DNA of 64,000 bases, from contig CM059438.1 of assembly GCA_030390025.1 (NCBI GenBank), forward strand, positions 53,570,001 through 53,634,000, read 5' to 3'. Below are positions 21,401 to 33,981 of this stretch, in pieces. Both the position numbers and the translations under genes were made by a program. The stretch comes from Squalus acanthias (taxonomy: Eukaryota). The notes beneath the pieces were generated by a model. It worked only from the letters and a program-made list of their open reading frames with translations, was not told the origin of the DNA and made no database searches. Each line of letters opens with the position of its first letter. Positions within the stretch are counted from its first letter, which is position 1.

Positions 21401-22934
21401 TTAAGCTGTCTCCGCTGGCAGCTACCTCCAGGAAAAACTCCTTCCCCCCATCTATGGCCCCTAAGGCTGGCGCGGTCTGCAGATCCCTTTTTAACTTCTC
21501 GAAGGCTGCTTGGCAGCCCTCGTCCCAAAACCACTCCACCCCCTTATGGAGGAGTCGGAGGAGCGGCGCTGCTGTGGCCGCATAATCTTCGATAAAATCC
21601 CTGCAGTAACCGGTCAGTCCCAAGAAGGACCTCACACCCCTTACGTTGTTGGGAATCGGTAATTCTTGCACCGACTCCCTCCTTGCTTTGTCTATGGCTC
21701 TTTCCCCAGCGCGTATGGTCAGTCCCAGGAATTTTACTTCCCGCTGACCGATACGTGCTTTCTTAGGGTTTATTTTAAAACCCTTTCTCGCTAACAGCTC
21801 CAATAACTCGTCCAGTAGTGGTCCGTGCTCCTCCCTTGAGTCCGTAAATAGGAGCAAATCATCCACATACTGTACTATCTGATTGGGCTGACTAAACTCC
21901 TTTAAACTTCCTGCCATACACTGATGAAAAATACTGGGGCTATTGTGGAAACCCTGTGGCAGACAGTTCCATGTGTACTGTTGTCCTTTGAAAGTAAAGG
22001 CAAACTTGTACTGGTCCTCTCGCCTCAGCGGGATGGACCAAAAACCGTTCGAGATATCCAGCACCGTGAACGTGGTCGCGGACGCTGGGATGCTCCCTAT
22101 TAGGTCAGCAACTGCTGCTACCGTGGGCGCGCAGGCGGGAATGTTACTGTTAAGGACTCTGTAGTCCACCGTGGCTCTCCACGAATTATCCGGCTTCCTA
22201 ACTGGCCATAATGGGGAGTTCACGTGTGTGGCTATCGGCCTCAACACGCCCTGCTGCACCAAGGAGGACATTGCTGTCTCCATATCGGGTTCTGCTTCTT
22301 TGGGGAAGTTATACTGCTTTTGGGGTCGGGTCATGGGGTCCCCATCTACGCTGACCTCAAACCCGACCACTCTCCCACAATCGTGTTTGTGGGTTGCAAA
22401 CGCGTGCATATTATCTGACACGTACGTTTGCATGTCCGTTGGGACATCTGCGACCATAAGCCTGAGGTCGTAGCCTCCGGATGGCTGTACGGTACACAGG
22501 ACCCCTGTTTCTTCCTCCCCCGGAATCACTATTACCTCGCCTTTTTCACCTTTAGCCCCCCAGAGACAGTGATTTCTGAGGTCCACAAGGATCCCGTGTC
22601 CCGCTAGGAGATCAGACCCGAGAATACCTCTTCCACCCCCCTCCTGCCATGCCATCAGTATACACTTCCACTTAAGGCGAAGTGTTCCTAAACGAATGGA
22701 TAGCGGAAGGGAAAACGTGCCAGCCTGTTCTTTTCCTGTGAACCCCGCTAACGTGAATGGGACCTTGGTAGATAGCGGCGAGTCAAAAGGGTTATCTGTA
22801 TGGATTATGGTGCAAGAAGCTCCCGTGTCCAACAAATAACTACCCCTCTGTTTCTCTACCTCCATCTCCACCAAAGGTCGCTTCCACGCATCATAGCTAA
22901 GCGGACACAGGTAGACGGGCTGCGCCGGTTCTAG
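18439..22934 (-). pseudogene. pol: pol of B copy 1, frameshifted in RNase H near 20681
   Basis: ORFs 20673-22874 and 18439-20796 together match Pol A; GAAAG ATC here versus GAAAAG GTC in A. Confidence 0.92.
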
Positions 22935-24746
22935 TCATGGGGTACTATTAGACGGTCCTGCGGCACCTACGGGGCCGGTTGCGACCGCCACCTGTCCACG
23001 CGCATTCAAGATTAGATTGCGCATGGCTCCTAACACTACTTCGAGGTCGTCAGGAGGGGTGGGTGCCTTAGCTTCCTTAGCCGGGACAGGCGCCTGGGCT
23101 CGGACCGCGGGATTTTTATCCTTGGAATCCTTCCAAGGGTTCCTGCAATGCTTGCGCCAGTGCCCTGTCTTCCCACACCCGTAACAAGCATTACCTGCCT
23201 GTGGGGCGCGATTACCCTCCTGATGCCACTCTCTTTGATACGGGGCTGCGGGTCGTACCTCATGTACTCTTCCCTTAAGGGGACGTGTTGCCATACCCCT
23301 TATATTGCGATATCCTAACGTGAGTCGATTCAAGACCGACTCTTCCGTAATGTTGGGGTCATTGGGATCAAACCATGCTTTTGCCTGCTCTCTGACGGCT
23401 GGTAAACTGTTGGCTATTATGCACCTAAGCCAATGAGTTAAAGCTAAGCCTTCCACATCTTCGCGCTCGGGCGCACCTAGACAGCTGCGCTCATATACTG
23501 GCCACAGCCTGTCGGCAAAAACCTTCGGGGGTTCTCCCTCCATCTGCACTGTCTGTCCCACTCTAGCAAACGGACCTTCGTCGTTCGCCCCCAACACTTC
23601 CAGGACCTCATTCTTTAATTCCTCATAACTCTTGGTTCCCCTCTTGCTCTCGCCTGAGAGACACTGAAGGACCGAGCTGTCTAATGAGAACAGCAGCATT
23701 TTTGCTGTTTCCCCATCATCGCAGCCGTTAATGGCTGCGGCTTGCTCAACTTCTCTGAAATGTACGGAAGGGTCGTCTGACTCGGTCAGCTTCCGTACGT
23801 GATTTATCATAGCTCTCAGCTGATGTGAACTGTGAGGCAACACCAGCTGTCCGAGGAGATCCCCCGGTTCTTCCCCACCGTTTCTGCTTGGGCCCCTTTT
23901 AATGCCCGTTACTGGATACAACGGTCCCTTTCCTACTTCTTTTTCAATGGGCTCTTTTGTTTCTTCCATTGCTTCCTCCCTAACCCAGGTTTCCGAATAG
24001 CTGGGTGGCGCGGAGGGCGCAGTGGCTACTACTTCTTCTGCTTTACTTGGTGGGGATTTTTTAAATTTCTCACTTACTAGCGGCTGGTGTGCTGACGGAC
24101 TGATAAGGCACACCATGCCGTGCGCTTTGTTCACGGCCTTTTTGAGGTGCTCTATCTCTTTTTGGCAGGCGCTATGATCGGCTCCCTGAAACTTATCCTC
24201 AAGGGCCAACTTATATGCCGCCCTAACCCCCGTTAAGCTCTCTTCTTGAGTTCTTATCTGGGCAGCTTGGCGGGCACATCTTTCCTTTAACCTGCTCTCA
24301 TTTAACTTTGCCTCAGTGACCTGGCACTCGAGGTAATCTATCCTTGTTTTATGGTGACTGGAGATTTCCTGGCGTTCTTGGTGCAACGCACTTAAATTCC
24401 TAATGAGCAACTCCCCTCCAGAGACCTTCTCATCCATTTCCTCCTCTAAATGCCTGATCCGAGCTGTTTGCGCTGTAATGACTTGGTTTGAAATCTGGAC
24501 CTGCCTTTTGTAACACATTAACCAGACAGCTTTTTCGAGTGTCTTTTTATGTTCCTTACTATCTGTCCACCTTTCGGCTGCCTCTAGTGGACTCTTATCC
24601 GCTAACAATTCACTTATCCATTTCTTAGTTAGATTAACCTTTCCAAACACATAATCTGCTATCTTTTCCTGCATAACATTTCGTACAGTCATTCCAAAGT
24701 CTAACACACTACCCTCTCGCTGCCAGTGTCCTGCCGCGGTCGCCAT
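22935..24746 (-). CDS. gag: gag of B copy 1 (603 aa, intact)
   Basis: Open ORF with PSAPPSY and the CYGCGKTGHWRKHC zinc knuckle; ends TGA-CTAG. Confidence 0.92.
   Translation of the reverse strand: MATAAGHWQREGSVLDFGMTVRNVMQEKIADYVFGKVNLTKKWISELLADKSPLEAAERWTDSKEHKKTLEKAVWLMCYKRQVQISNQVITAQTARIRHLEEEMDEKVSGGELLIRNLSALHQERQEISSHHKTRIDYLECQVTEAKLNESRLKERCARQAAQIRTQEESLTGVRAAYKLALEDKFQGADHSACQKEIEHLKKAVNKAHGMVCLISPSAHQPLVSEKFKKSPPSKAEEVVATAPSAPPSYSETWVREEAMEETKEPIEKEVGKGPLYPVTGIKRGPSRNGGEEPGDLLGQLVLPHSSHQLRAMINHVRKLTESDDPSVHFREVEQAAAINGCDDGETAKMLLFSLDSSVLQCLSGESKRGTKSYEELKNEVLEVLGANDEGPFARVGQTVQMEGEPPKVFADRLWPVYERSCLGAPEREDVEGLALTHWLRCIIANSLPAVREQAKAWFDPNDPNITEESVLNRLTLGYRNIRGMATRPLKGRVHEVRPAAPYQREWHQEGNRAPQAGNACYGCGKTGHWRKHCRNPWKDSKDKNPAVRAQAPVPAKEAKAPTPPDDLEVVLGAMRNLILNARGQVAVATGPVGAAGPSNSTP
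24728..24745 (-). promoter_or_regulatory. Primer-binding site, tRNA-Arg (TGGCGACCGCGGCAGGAC)
   Basis: 5 nt after the LTR end; complement of GTCCTGCCGCGGTCG+CCA, a tRNA-Arg(TCG) 3' end as recalled; repeated at 35775-35792. Confidence 0.88.
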
Positions 24747-24750
24747 TTTC

Positions 24751-26362
24751 TGTAAGGGATTCTGACCCTGCGTGTCTCGCGGCCTGTGAGATTCACGCGG
24801 CTCTGTGCAGCCTGTATGTCAGTGCGGGTCTAGGCCTTGTTGCCTGTTCTGGTCTCCAGCCAGTCTGGGAACACTAGACACACCTGTGAGTGGTTCGAAT
24901 CACTCGCCCTTACGGTTCTAGACACTGGACTTAGATGCGAGAGCAGTAATGGAGATGAAACTCATGTAGACTCGGTTTGAATGGTACGAAATGGAAAATC
25001 TTTATTGCATGATACTTAAGATTATGAAATACATGTCATAAGCACAGATTAATGACAGTACAATCTTACAAACAGTTATATAGTCGATCTTAGGGAAACG
25101 AGGAACGAACGGCACATAGTAAATAGGGGCACACATTACAAATATCCTTAATCCTTAAACCCTCCCCTATCAATATCTATCCTAAACTAGATTCGTAGGA
25201 TTTCGAGACTCATGCTCACCACTCGTGATAACTCGGAGAAATTCCGAATAGCTGATCGGATGTTTTTCACCGCAGCACCCACGTGTCGGTCAGGAGATCT
25301 CCTGGTCCCACTTGTTTACTTGCTTCTGCTGCTCCGGCTAGCAGGCTGGAACGTCTGCTGTGATGAAGATCTGTATTGGTGGTTTTCACATTCCAGTTAA
25401 TATCATCGATGCGATATGTTTCGTTGCAAGTTCGAAGAAGTCTTCCTGGCAAGGAAAACTTGGCTAATCGACCTACAGGCGCGGTCGGGATTTACTGACC
25501 GTGGCGATGGATATGGTCTTCCTCTCTTCTCATCTCATCTCATCTCATCTCGGGCCTTTGGTTCCGATACCGGTTACCAATATAGGTCTTCGTTACGCGA
25601 CACGAGGTAGATCCGAACGGATCAGAAAGTTCAACAGACCTTTTTCAAAAGAGGCAACAGGCAAACAGGAGCGAGCCCAACTACGAGTACACAGGAGCAG
25701 CCACGATGATAAGAGTCGATCGGATAAGAGAAAGATGGACGGTTTGGAGCCTGCAATTATAGTGCAAAATCTTCCGTTTCCCGCCCAACTATAATGTCCA
25801 TTCTTTTGTTTAGGGTCTGGCGCTCAAATGTCTTGTATGGGTGATCTCCGTTCTTAATGGGTTTCGGGGCTACTCGTAAATGTCTGAGTACCTGTTAATA
25901 TTTCTCCCATTGTTAAATCGGTCGGTGTTCTCCCTGGAGGGGTTTTGGGGCTTCCAAGTGTCCTGTATAACTACCTGCTAACGGCTCTCTCATCGTAGAG
26001 TCGTTGGGATTTTACATATTAATGTCTTTTGGATGGGCCCTTGATTACTCGGTACAATGGCTTTCCTTTGTACCTGGGAGACCGATTTCAGTATTTATGT
26101 GTATACTGCAAACCCATAATGTCTCGTGTATTATCTTCACTGTGCTGAATCTTAATCGATCTTACACAAATGTTTATTGGAACGCCATCTTGTCTGCCTG
26201 TTGAAAAGTCTAGAATGTTCTGTCACGAGGTGCGGCGGCCATTTTACAGGCTGCTTGTGTCCACTTTAAACCTGTCAGCATTCTGCTGAAATAAAAGCTG
26301 TTTGAACGAAACTCTGTGTTTTCTCCTTATTAATAAAATCGCGATATATTGCGAATTCTACA
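24751..26362 (-). repeat. Shared internal LTR of the B array
   Basis: Matches 13704-15315; has a PPT on one side and a PBS on the other. Confidence 0.95.
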
Positions 26363-26813
26363 GTCCCTCCTGTTGATGCGAATAACTCCGCTTATCGTAT
26401 CAAAAATCATAGTGGTGAGCAATATTATCTCGATTTCTCTCCGAATCCAGCAAATTAATCCCATAACTTTAACCTAGCTAGGGTCTCTGTGTCGTCCTTG
26501 TTTCCCAAGAAAATTACATTTTATATCACCGTGGGCCTTTATTTGCCCTTAAACTTACACCACTTGTTTTCCTTCCCGGCGTAACCAGGCCGATGCCTCT
26601 CGTATCACCTGTATATTCATCTTTTATTCAGGGAAAGGAAAAACAAAACCCAAAACCAAACAATCATTTTTAACTGTAACACCATCACCAAAATAATCAA
26701 CACCAACTCTTAAAACATGTCGAGTTCCCAACGTATTTACAAACTCTGAAAATCATGATTGAGTACAAACTTCCGCGGCGCACGTGGCGAGCGGGAGTGA
26801 CGCCATTTTCCGA

Positions 26814-29165
26814 TCACACGGTGCTTTCATCGTGCACGCGCACGTAACGTTCTCGCCACTCTCCCGTGTTTTCATGCTTGGTGAGGCGCTTGTCTCTTTT
26901 ACAATGTACGACCAATAGGTACACTACAATGAAAACTTGGCATACGACTAAAATGTGGGAGGCTATTCTGATCCATGAAGGCACTTCAATATTTGTGAAC
27001 AGATTCCACCACGGTGGAACTACTATATCCAAAATGTCTGTTCCTATTTCGACAGTTTTCTGCTCTAATGTGTAAAAATGTTTCTGTGACACCGCGACGG
27101 CTTTTAAAAGTTTGGTGAGGTGTTCAGGGAGAGGGGGAATGAGGTATCCAAAATGCGCGACGAATCGCTGCAAGTCGGTGAAATTCTCTTTTACTGTGAG
27201 ATGAACAGTGGATGGTTCAGGGATTGGGATAATTCGCTGTTGTGCTACTTGAACTTCCGCCCTGGGTTTAAAACAGAAACTGCTGTCACTCACCGGACAC
27301 CGGCTACGGTTTCCATGGTGGTAGTGTTGCGCTGCAGTGGTAACACAATATGTTCCACCCCCGATGTATGCTACCTGCGGAGGCACATGATCTTGTGCCA
27401 TTGCCTCCATGGTGCAATTCATGGACTTGGCGCCAGTCGTTCTGAACCCGCACTGTGGTGTTAAAAAGGCATTCAAGTGCTGGGGGCACAGTATTATGTG
27501 TGCTCCCCTGCCACGACAACCAGAGAGATCTGTACCTGTCATCGTTTGCTCCCAGCGGATGACGTAAGGTGGAACCGCTGCGTAACGAATGTGGGCTCCC
27601 CCCTGAATGACACCAATGTTCTCTACCCGATACACCGGGGCGGGCTTTGCTGTGTCGCCCAAAACCGGCATGCGTAATACTATTCCCATAATAGTATGGT
27701 TTGATCGTCCGCAGTCCACGGGGACTGGGTAAGCTTCTGAAGCTAGCCTGAGCTGGCACGGACTTAATGCGTTCTGAAAAGGGTGGAGCGCCCGCAGGTG
27801 TTTGTTACTTATCCAGGACGGAACCAAACCTTGTTTTAAATCCTCCAAATTACTGCGGCCCTCGCCCAGTAACCACGCCCCGTAAAGCACGCACACCTCG
27901 TTCTGCGCAGCTTGATCGGATGCATTCCGATCTTCCCTAATCAGGGCATTTACCGTCTTTGCATGTTTCTCCAGCTCTGCTATAATTTCCTTTAAATGGA
28001 GAGTCATGGCTTGGTCCTCGTGTAGACCCGACCCTACCACTTTATTCTCATCTGTTAGAATGTCTTTTAATTGTGTCTTTAAACCATTAATCTGGGTCTG
28101 CAGCTCCACACTGTCTAGAGCGTTGACCACAGATGTACCCGTGTTAAAAGCAGTGAACGCATCGTTCACCAAACCCCTTCTTTGCCTCCCTGCTTGATTC
28201 AAAACTTCCTGTGGTGCGGTGTACAAACTTGTTTTATCAATTTCCGCGAAATCGAATTCGTAAAATTGTCTGAACATCTTGGTCAACAGGACCTGATACA
28301 ACTGTTCCGTCTTTTTGGGGCACCACTCTGGTAACCGCACCTCGGTGAGATTTAAAATCACCGAGGCCACCGCGTAATGTACCCCCTGAAATAGTATCTG
28401 GTCTGTGGGGACCAGTACCAAACCATTCCCGGGTCCGTTACTAGTTTTAGGGCACCCTTCTTCCTCAGCTAGAACCACCGGAATCGTGGGCGGGGCTTTG
28501 CGTGGGCGCGTAATGAGCTCAGTGGCATTTACTGGGATCGGAGAGAATGGGGCTCCGCACCCCCTTGTGCTCGCATCCCACCTCATCCCCTGTCCGTTAT
28601 CCTGCCATTGATTAATGAAAAATATGGAGATGCCTTTGGGGCAAACGTACTTTGACCCCCACATACATACATAAATTCCCTCATCCGGTTCCCACCATTT
28701 GTCCCAACAGACTTTCACTTGTCCGTTTGTCCCCGTAATTGTCCGATGGGTATTATTACCCAGTCGTTCCCACTCGACCGAAGAGTTCCTCATAGTTTTG
28801 CTCAGCTTTCGCAGCCACCACCATCGGCTCAATGGGACCTTCCCACTACAAGTCAAACAAATCCGTTTGCCGACGGTGACGCTGATCCTGGGTGCGATGA
28901 TCCTTACTTTGGGGCACAGTAAAGAAGTCTCTTTGTAGGCAAACCCCGATGTGCTAGAATACTCCGTTGAGTTCGTTCCCAGCCATCCTGGCCACCTTCC
29001 CTTGTGGAAATAGGTGCTGGTCTCCTCTGCCTCCCGTCTTCCGGTCCCATCCACCGCGATGGGGGCCGTGTCCCCGGAACATCCAAACACCACGACATCC
29101 TTGGTGCGGCCTCGATAGGCCAATCCACATCCGATTGCCACGAGCAATACTAGAATTCGTTCCAT
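26814..29165 (-). CDS. env: Env, B copy 2
   Basis: Same as copy 1 apart from the one difference I spotted, K>N (C17390 versus G28437). Confidence 0.9.
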   Translation of the reverse strand: MERILVLLVAIGCGLAYRGRTKDVVVFGCSGDTAPIAVDGTGRREAEETSTYFHKGRWPGWLGTNSTEYSSTSGFAYKETSLLCPKVRIIAPRISVTVGKRICLTCSGKVPLSRWWWLRKLSKTMRNSSVEWERLGNNTHRTITGTNGQVKVCWDKWWEPDEGIYVCMWGSKYVCPKGISIFFINQWQDNGQGMRWDASTRGCGAPFSPIPVNATELITRPRKAPPTIPVVLAEEEGCPKTSNGPGNGLVLVPTDQILFQGVHYAVASVILNLTEVRLPEWCPKKTEQLYQVLLTKMFRQFYEFDFAEIDKTSLYTAPQEVLNQAGRQRRGLVNDAFTAFNTGTSVVNALDSVELQTQINGLKTQLKDILTDENKVVGSGLHEDQAMTLHLKEIIAELEKHAKTVNALIREDRNASDQAAQNEVCVLYGAWLLGEGRSNLEDLKQGLVPSWISNKHLRALHPFQNALSPCQLRLASEAYPVPVDCGRSNHTIMGIVLRMPVLGDTAKPAPVYRVENIGVIQGGAHIRYAAVPPYVIRWEQTMTGTDLSGCRGRGAHIILCPQHLNAFLTPQCGFRTTGAKSMNCTMEAMAQDHVPPQVAYIGGGTYCVTTAAQHYHHGNRSRCPVSDSSFCFKPRAEVQVAQQRIIPIPEPSTVHLTVKENFTDLQRFVAHFGYLIPPLPEHLTKLLKAVAVSQKHFYTLEQKTVEIGTDILDIVVPPWWNLFTNIEVPSWIRIASHILVVCQVFIVVYLLVVHCKRDKRLTKHENTGEWRERYVRVHDESTV

Positions 29166-29485
29166 CCTTCCTTGGTTCCTGTGATCAGATAGAATGAGGT
29201 AGCCAGCCTCGCAAGAGTCTCTGGCTTTTGTGAAGGGTGAGCGGGTCCCCTGACCTCGCCTCACGTAAACTTCCACGTTCGCTGTATAAACTTTAACTAA
29301 ACCGATCTTTAAAGCTCCCATCATTTTATCGTTTTCTGTTAAAAACACTACAATCTTAACCTTATAAAAAAAAACTATAAACTTAACCTTGAACTATAAA
29401 CTTAGAACTTAACCTTGAACTATAAACTTAAAACTTATCCTAAACTTATTACTGTACAGCGCCGCCCGTACTCAGGGCGGCCCCT

Positions 29486-32400
29486 TTAAATTCTGAAAAG
29501 GCTGCTGCGAGCTCTTCCCGACGGTGGGAGGGCACTGACCCTTCCCTCTGATCTGCCGCAGCCTGTTGCTGCTGCGATGTGGCCGGCCTGTATCTGGGTT
29601 ATCTTAACCTTAAATTTACGCCTTGGGGCAGTCTGGGGACATGACCACATCCTCCTGGGCTGGGGTTCTCTACTTGACCTACGGGGAGTTGCTATGGGCG
29701 GGGGTTCCGTGACGGACGGACCGGGTTCCGAGACTTCCATCGGGATGACCTGGGGTCCCATCACAGTCGCTGGCTCCGCCTCCACTGACTCCGCCTCCCT
29801 AACCTCGGGGCTTGCAGTTTGTGGCTCCGCCCTGCTCGGCCCAGCAGGCGGCCCTTCACTCGTGATCTCTGCCTCCCCCAAGGACGGGACGTTCAAAGCG
29901 GGCGGCCACATCTCTGGGAGCCACACCGGTACTCTCTGTGCTCCCATAGCGGCTGGCCCTGCCTCCCCTAGCTCCTCCCTCCTGTCTTCGGGACCTGCAG
30001 CTCGTGTGTCCACCCTGTGTGGATCTCTACCTGCAGCCCCCGTCCCCTCCATATCGTAAAAGGGACCGTTCCTGAGAAACCACCCGTCGTCATCACTATC
30101 CTCATCTGCACTATCCTCATCAGACCCGGGTACCCTGAATTCTTCCTCATCTAACCCCCAATTCCAGAAAAACGCTGCATGATCGTCCGGGATGTCCCTT
30201 CCCCTGATGCAAGCTGCTATGCCTGCCTGTGTGCCTTGTGGTCCTACCTGGGGCTGTGCTTTCCCATTGGCGGGATTTACCCCTGTAGTTTTCCCTTGCG
30301 CACCTGGCTGGTACAGTTTGCATTGGTTTATGTGGAACCACTTAATGCGCCGAGGTACTTTTACGGCGTAAACCATGGGACTCGCCTTGTCTACAATGTT
30401 GTAGGGTCCCATATACAGTGGTTCCAGACTCCCTACTCTGGCGTAGTTTCTGACCATGACTTGGTCTCCCACTTCCCACTCCCGCGTTTTGCGGGGTTCC
30501 AGCAACAAGCGATTGCCCTGATGCTGCCTTCCCATGTTCCCAGCCGCCTGCTCATAAACTTGCTTCAGGCGCTCCAAGAGAGTCTGGGCGAACTTGTCCC
30601 TGCTTATCTCTTGGAGCTGACCCTCAGTGAGCACCGGGGCTAGCACATGGGTGGGGGTTCGCATGATCCTCCCAGTCATCACCTCGTGCGGGGAATACCC
30701 CGTACTTTTTGACTGACTGGCCCGGACCCCCATGAGGACTAAAGGCAGAACTTCCGCCCATTTTTGGGGCGAGTTCCTAGTCTCTTTCCTCAATTTCTCC
30801 TTCAGGGTCCGGTTCATACGTTCAACAATCCCGGATGACTGGGGATTGTGTGCTACGTGCCACTTCCCTTCAATGCCCAAAAGCATGAGGGTGTTCTGCA
30901 TCACCTGGCCGGTGAAATGACTCCCTTGGTCTGACTCCACAAAACGGGGAAGTCCCCACCGCGAGAACACTTCCCGGACCAAGATTTTTGCTGTACCCAG
31001 TGCCGTAGCTGTTCGACAAGGGAAGGCTTCCACCCACTTGGAAAACACATCCACCAGGACGAGGCAGTACTTATAACCTCCCTGGGTGGTGGGCAGGGGT
31101 CCTATATAGTCGATCTGTATCGACTGCCATGGTCCCTCTACCCTTCTTACGTGTCCCATGGGCACCTTCCTTTTCTGGGGGTCTGGGTTGTTTGCAGCGC
31201 ACACAAGACAGTTTGCACAGAACTCGCGGACTTGTTCCCTGAGCCCTGGCCACCATCCCGCTTGCTCTACCCGTTGCCAGGTAACCTCGGGCCCGGGGTG
31301 CCCTGCCCCTGGTCCCTCGTGAGCCAACTGGAGGAATTCCCTCCTGTGCTGCTGCGGCACAACCCACTGCTCCTCGCGGAACAGCATGCCTTCCTTAACT
31401 GAGAGGGTTGCCGTACTGTACGGACCTTCTACCTGCCTCCCCTCAGCAATGGTTTTTAGGACTGCTTTTAGGGCGGGATCCTGGGCTTGGACGGTCTTAA
31501 GGTCTAGGGGCAATGCTACCCTGGTGTTCCCGGGATTCCCGTCCCTGCCTCGAACCGCTGCTATGGGTCTGGTCCCATAGGGGTTCCAGAAAATGCCGTT
31601 GCGGGCACCTTCCCTGGCTAGCGCATCCGCCTGCTGGTTGCCCTCCCCACGGGGCTCTGTGGAGGAGTGAGCTTTCACCTTATGGATGAAAATCTCTCCT
31701 TCCTCCCCTACTGCTGCTGCTAAGATCTTTCCAGCAAGGGCTTCACCGTTAAAGGTCGCCCGTCCGCGGAGGTGTATCCACGGCGGGACCAAATGGCCAG
31801 GTATTCCGTACACGAATTGCAGGTGAACATACTGTCCGAGCAAATCGTGTATGGGGTTGGGAAAATGTCTGGGTGGGTCACAACGTACACCACGGCAGAC
31901 AGCTCAGCTTGCTGCGCGCTCATGGTGCTAGGGAGCTTGATCGCCAGGGCAAGGTCTGCCGCAGGGTCATAAACTCCACACCCTGTGAGTCGCTCGCCAG
32001 CAGATACTGTGCTAGACCCATCAACATAAATCTCGCGCCCAGTGGGATGTATCCCGGCCCGTAAACCTATGTTGACGTCCCACACCCCTTCCACCGAACA
32101 CCGGTGGGCTGTACCGGGGTATACCAAATTGGCCGCAAGCCTGGGCTCGCAAAGACCTTTTACTCTAAGATCCAACTGGGAGAGAAGAAGGGTCCAACGC
32201 GCAATGCGTGCGCTGCTTACGGTCCCGTCTTTAATCCTCCCATCCAGAAGCATCTTAGTTGGTGTGTGATGTGTGAGGAGAGTGATGGGAGAGAGCCCTG
32301 TGAAGATCGCTGATCTTTTCACAGCCCAATGCGTGGCTAAAACGTGCCTTTCGCAATTGGAGAAACTTCTCTCCACATCCGTTAACACCCTGGATGAATA

Positions 32401-33981
32401 GACAACCGGCCTCAGCTTGCCGTGACGCTCTTGGAGCAGTACGGCGCTTAAGCTGTCTCCGCTGGCAGCTACCTCCAGGAAAAACTCCTTCCCCCCATCT
32501 ATGGCCCCTAAGGCTGGCGCGGTCTGCAGATCCCTTTTTAACTTCTCGAAGGCTGCTTGGCAGCCCTCGTCCCAAAACCACTCCACCCCCTTATGGAGGA
32601 GTCGGAGGAGCGGCGCTGCTGTGGCCGCATAATCTTCGATAAAATCCCTGCAGTAACCGGTCAGTCCCAAGAAGGACCTCACACCCCTTACGTTGTTGGG
32701 AATCGGTAATTCTTGCACCGACTCCCTCCTTGCTTTGTCTATGGCTCTTTCCCCAGCGCGTATGGTCAGTCCCAGGAATTTTACTTCCCGCTGACCGATA
32801 CGTGCTTTCTTAGGGTTTATTTTAAAACCCTTTCTCGCTAACAGCTCCAATAACTCGTCCAGTAGTGGTCCGTGCTCCTCCCTTGAGTCCGTAAATAGGA
32901 GCAAATCATCCACATACTGTACTATCTGATTGGGCTGACTAAACTCCTTTAAACTTCCTGCCATACACTGATGAAAAATACTGGGGCTATTGTGGAAACC
33001 CTGTGGCAGACAGTTCCATGTGTACTGTTGTCCTTTGAAAGTAAAGGCAAACTTGTACTGGTCCTCTCGCCTCAGCGGGATGGACCAAAAACCGTTCGAG
33101 ATATCCAGCACCGTGAACGTGGTCGCGGACGCTGGGATGCTCCCTATTAGGTCAGCAACTGCTGCTACCGTGGGCGCGCAGGCGGGAATGTTACTGTTAA
33201 GGACTCTGTAGTCCACCGTGGCTCTCCACGAATTATCCGGCTTCCTAACTGGCCATAATGGGGAGTTCACGTGTGTGGCTATCGGCCTCAACACGCCCTG
33301 CTGCACCAAGGAGGACATTGCTGTCTCCATATCGGGTTCTGCTTCTTTGGGGAAGTTATACTGCTTTTGGGGTCGGGTCATGGGGTCCCCATCTACGCTG
33401 ACCTCAAACCCGACCACTCTCCCACAATCGTGTTTGTGGGTTGCAAACGCGTGCATATTATCTGACACGTACGTTTGCATGTCCGTTGGGACATCTGCGA
33501 CCATAAGCCTGAGGTCGTAGCCTCCGGATGGCTGTACGGTACACAGGACCCCTGTTTCTTCCTCCCCCGGAATCACTATTACCTCGCCTTTTTCACCTTT
33601 AGCCCCCCAGAGACAGTGATTTCTGAGGTCCACAAGGATCCCGTGTCCCGCTAGGAGATCAGACCCGAGAATACCTCTTCCACCCCCCTCCTGCCATGCC
33701 ATCAGTATACACTTCCACTTAAGGCGAAGTGTTCCTAAACGAATGGATAGCGGAAGGGAAAACGTGCCAGCCTGTTCTTTTCCTGTGAACCCCGCTAACG
33801 TGAATGGGACCTTGGTAGATAGCGGCGAGTCAAAAGGGTTATCTGTATGGATTATGGTGCAAGAAGCTCCCGTGTCCAACAAATAACTACCCCTCTGTTT
33901 CTCTACCTCCATCTCCACCAAAGGTCGCTTCCACGCATCATAGCTAAGCGGACACAGGTAGACGGGCTGCGCCGGTTCTAG
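29486..33981 (-). pseudogene. pol: pol of B copy 2, same RNase H frameshift near 31728
   Basis: ORFs 31720-33921 and 29486-31843 translate like copy 1. Confidence 0.92.
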
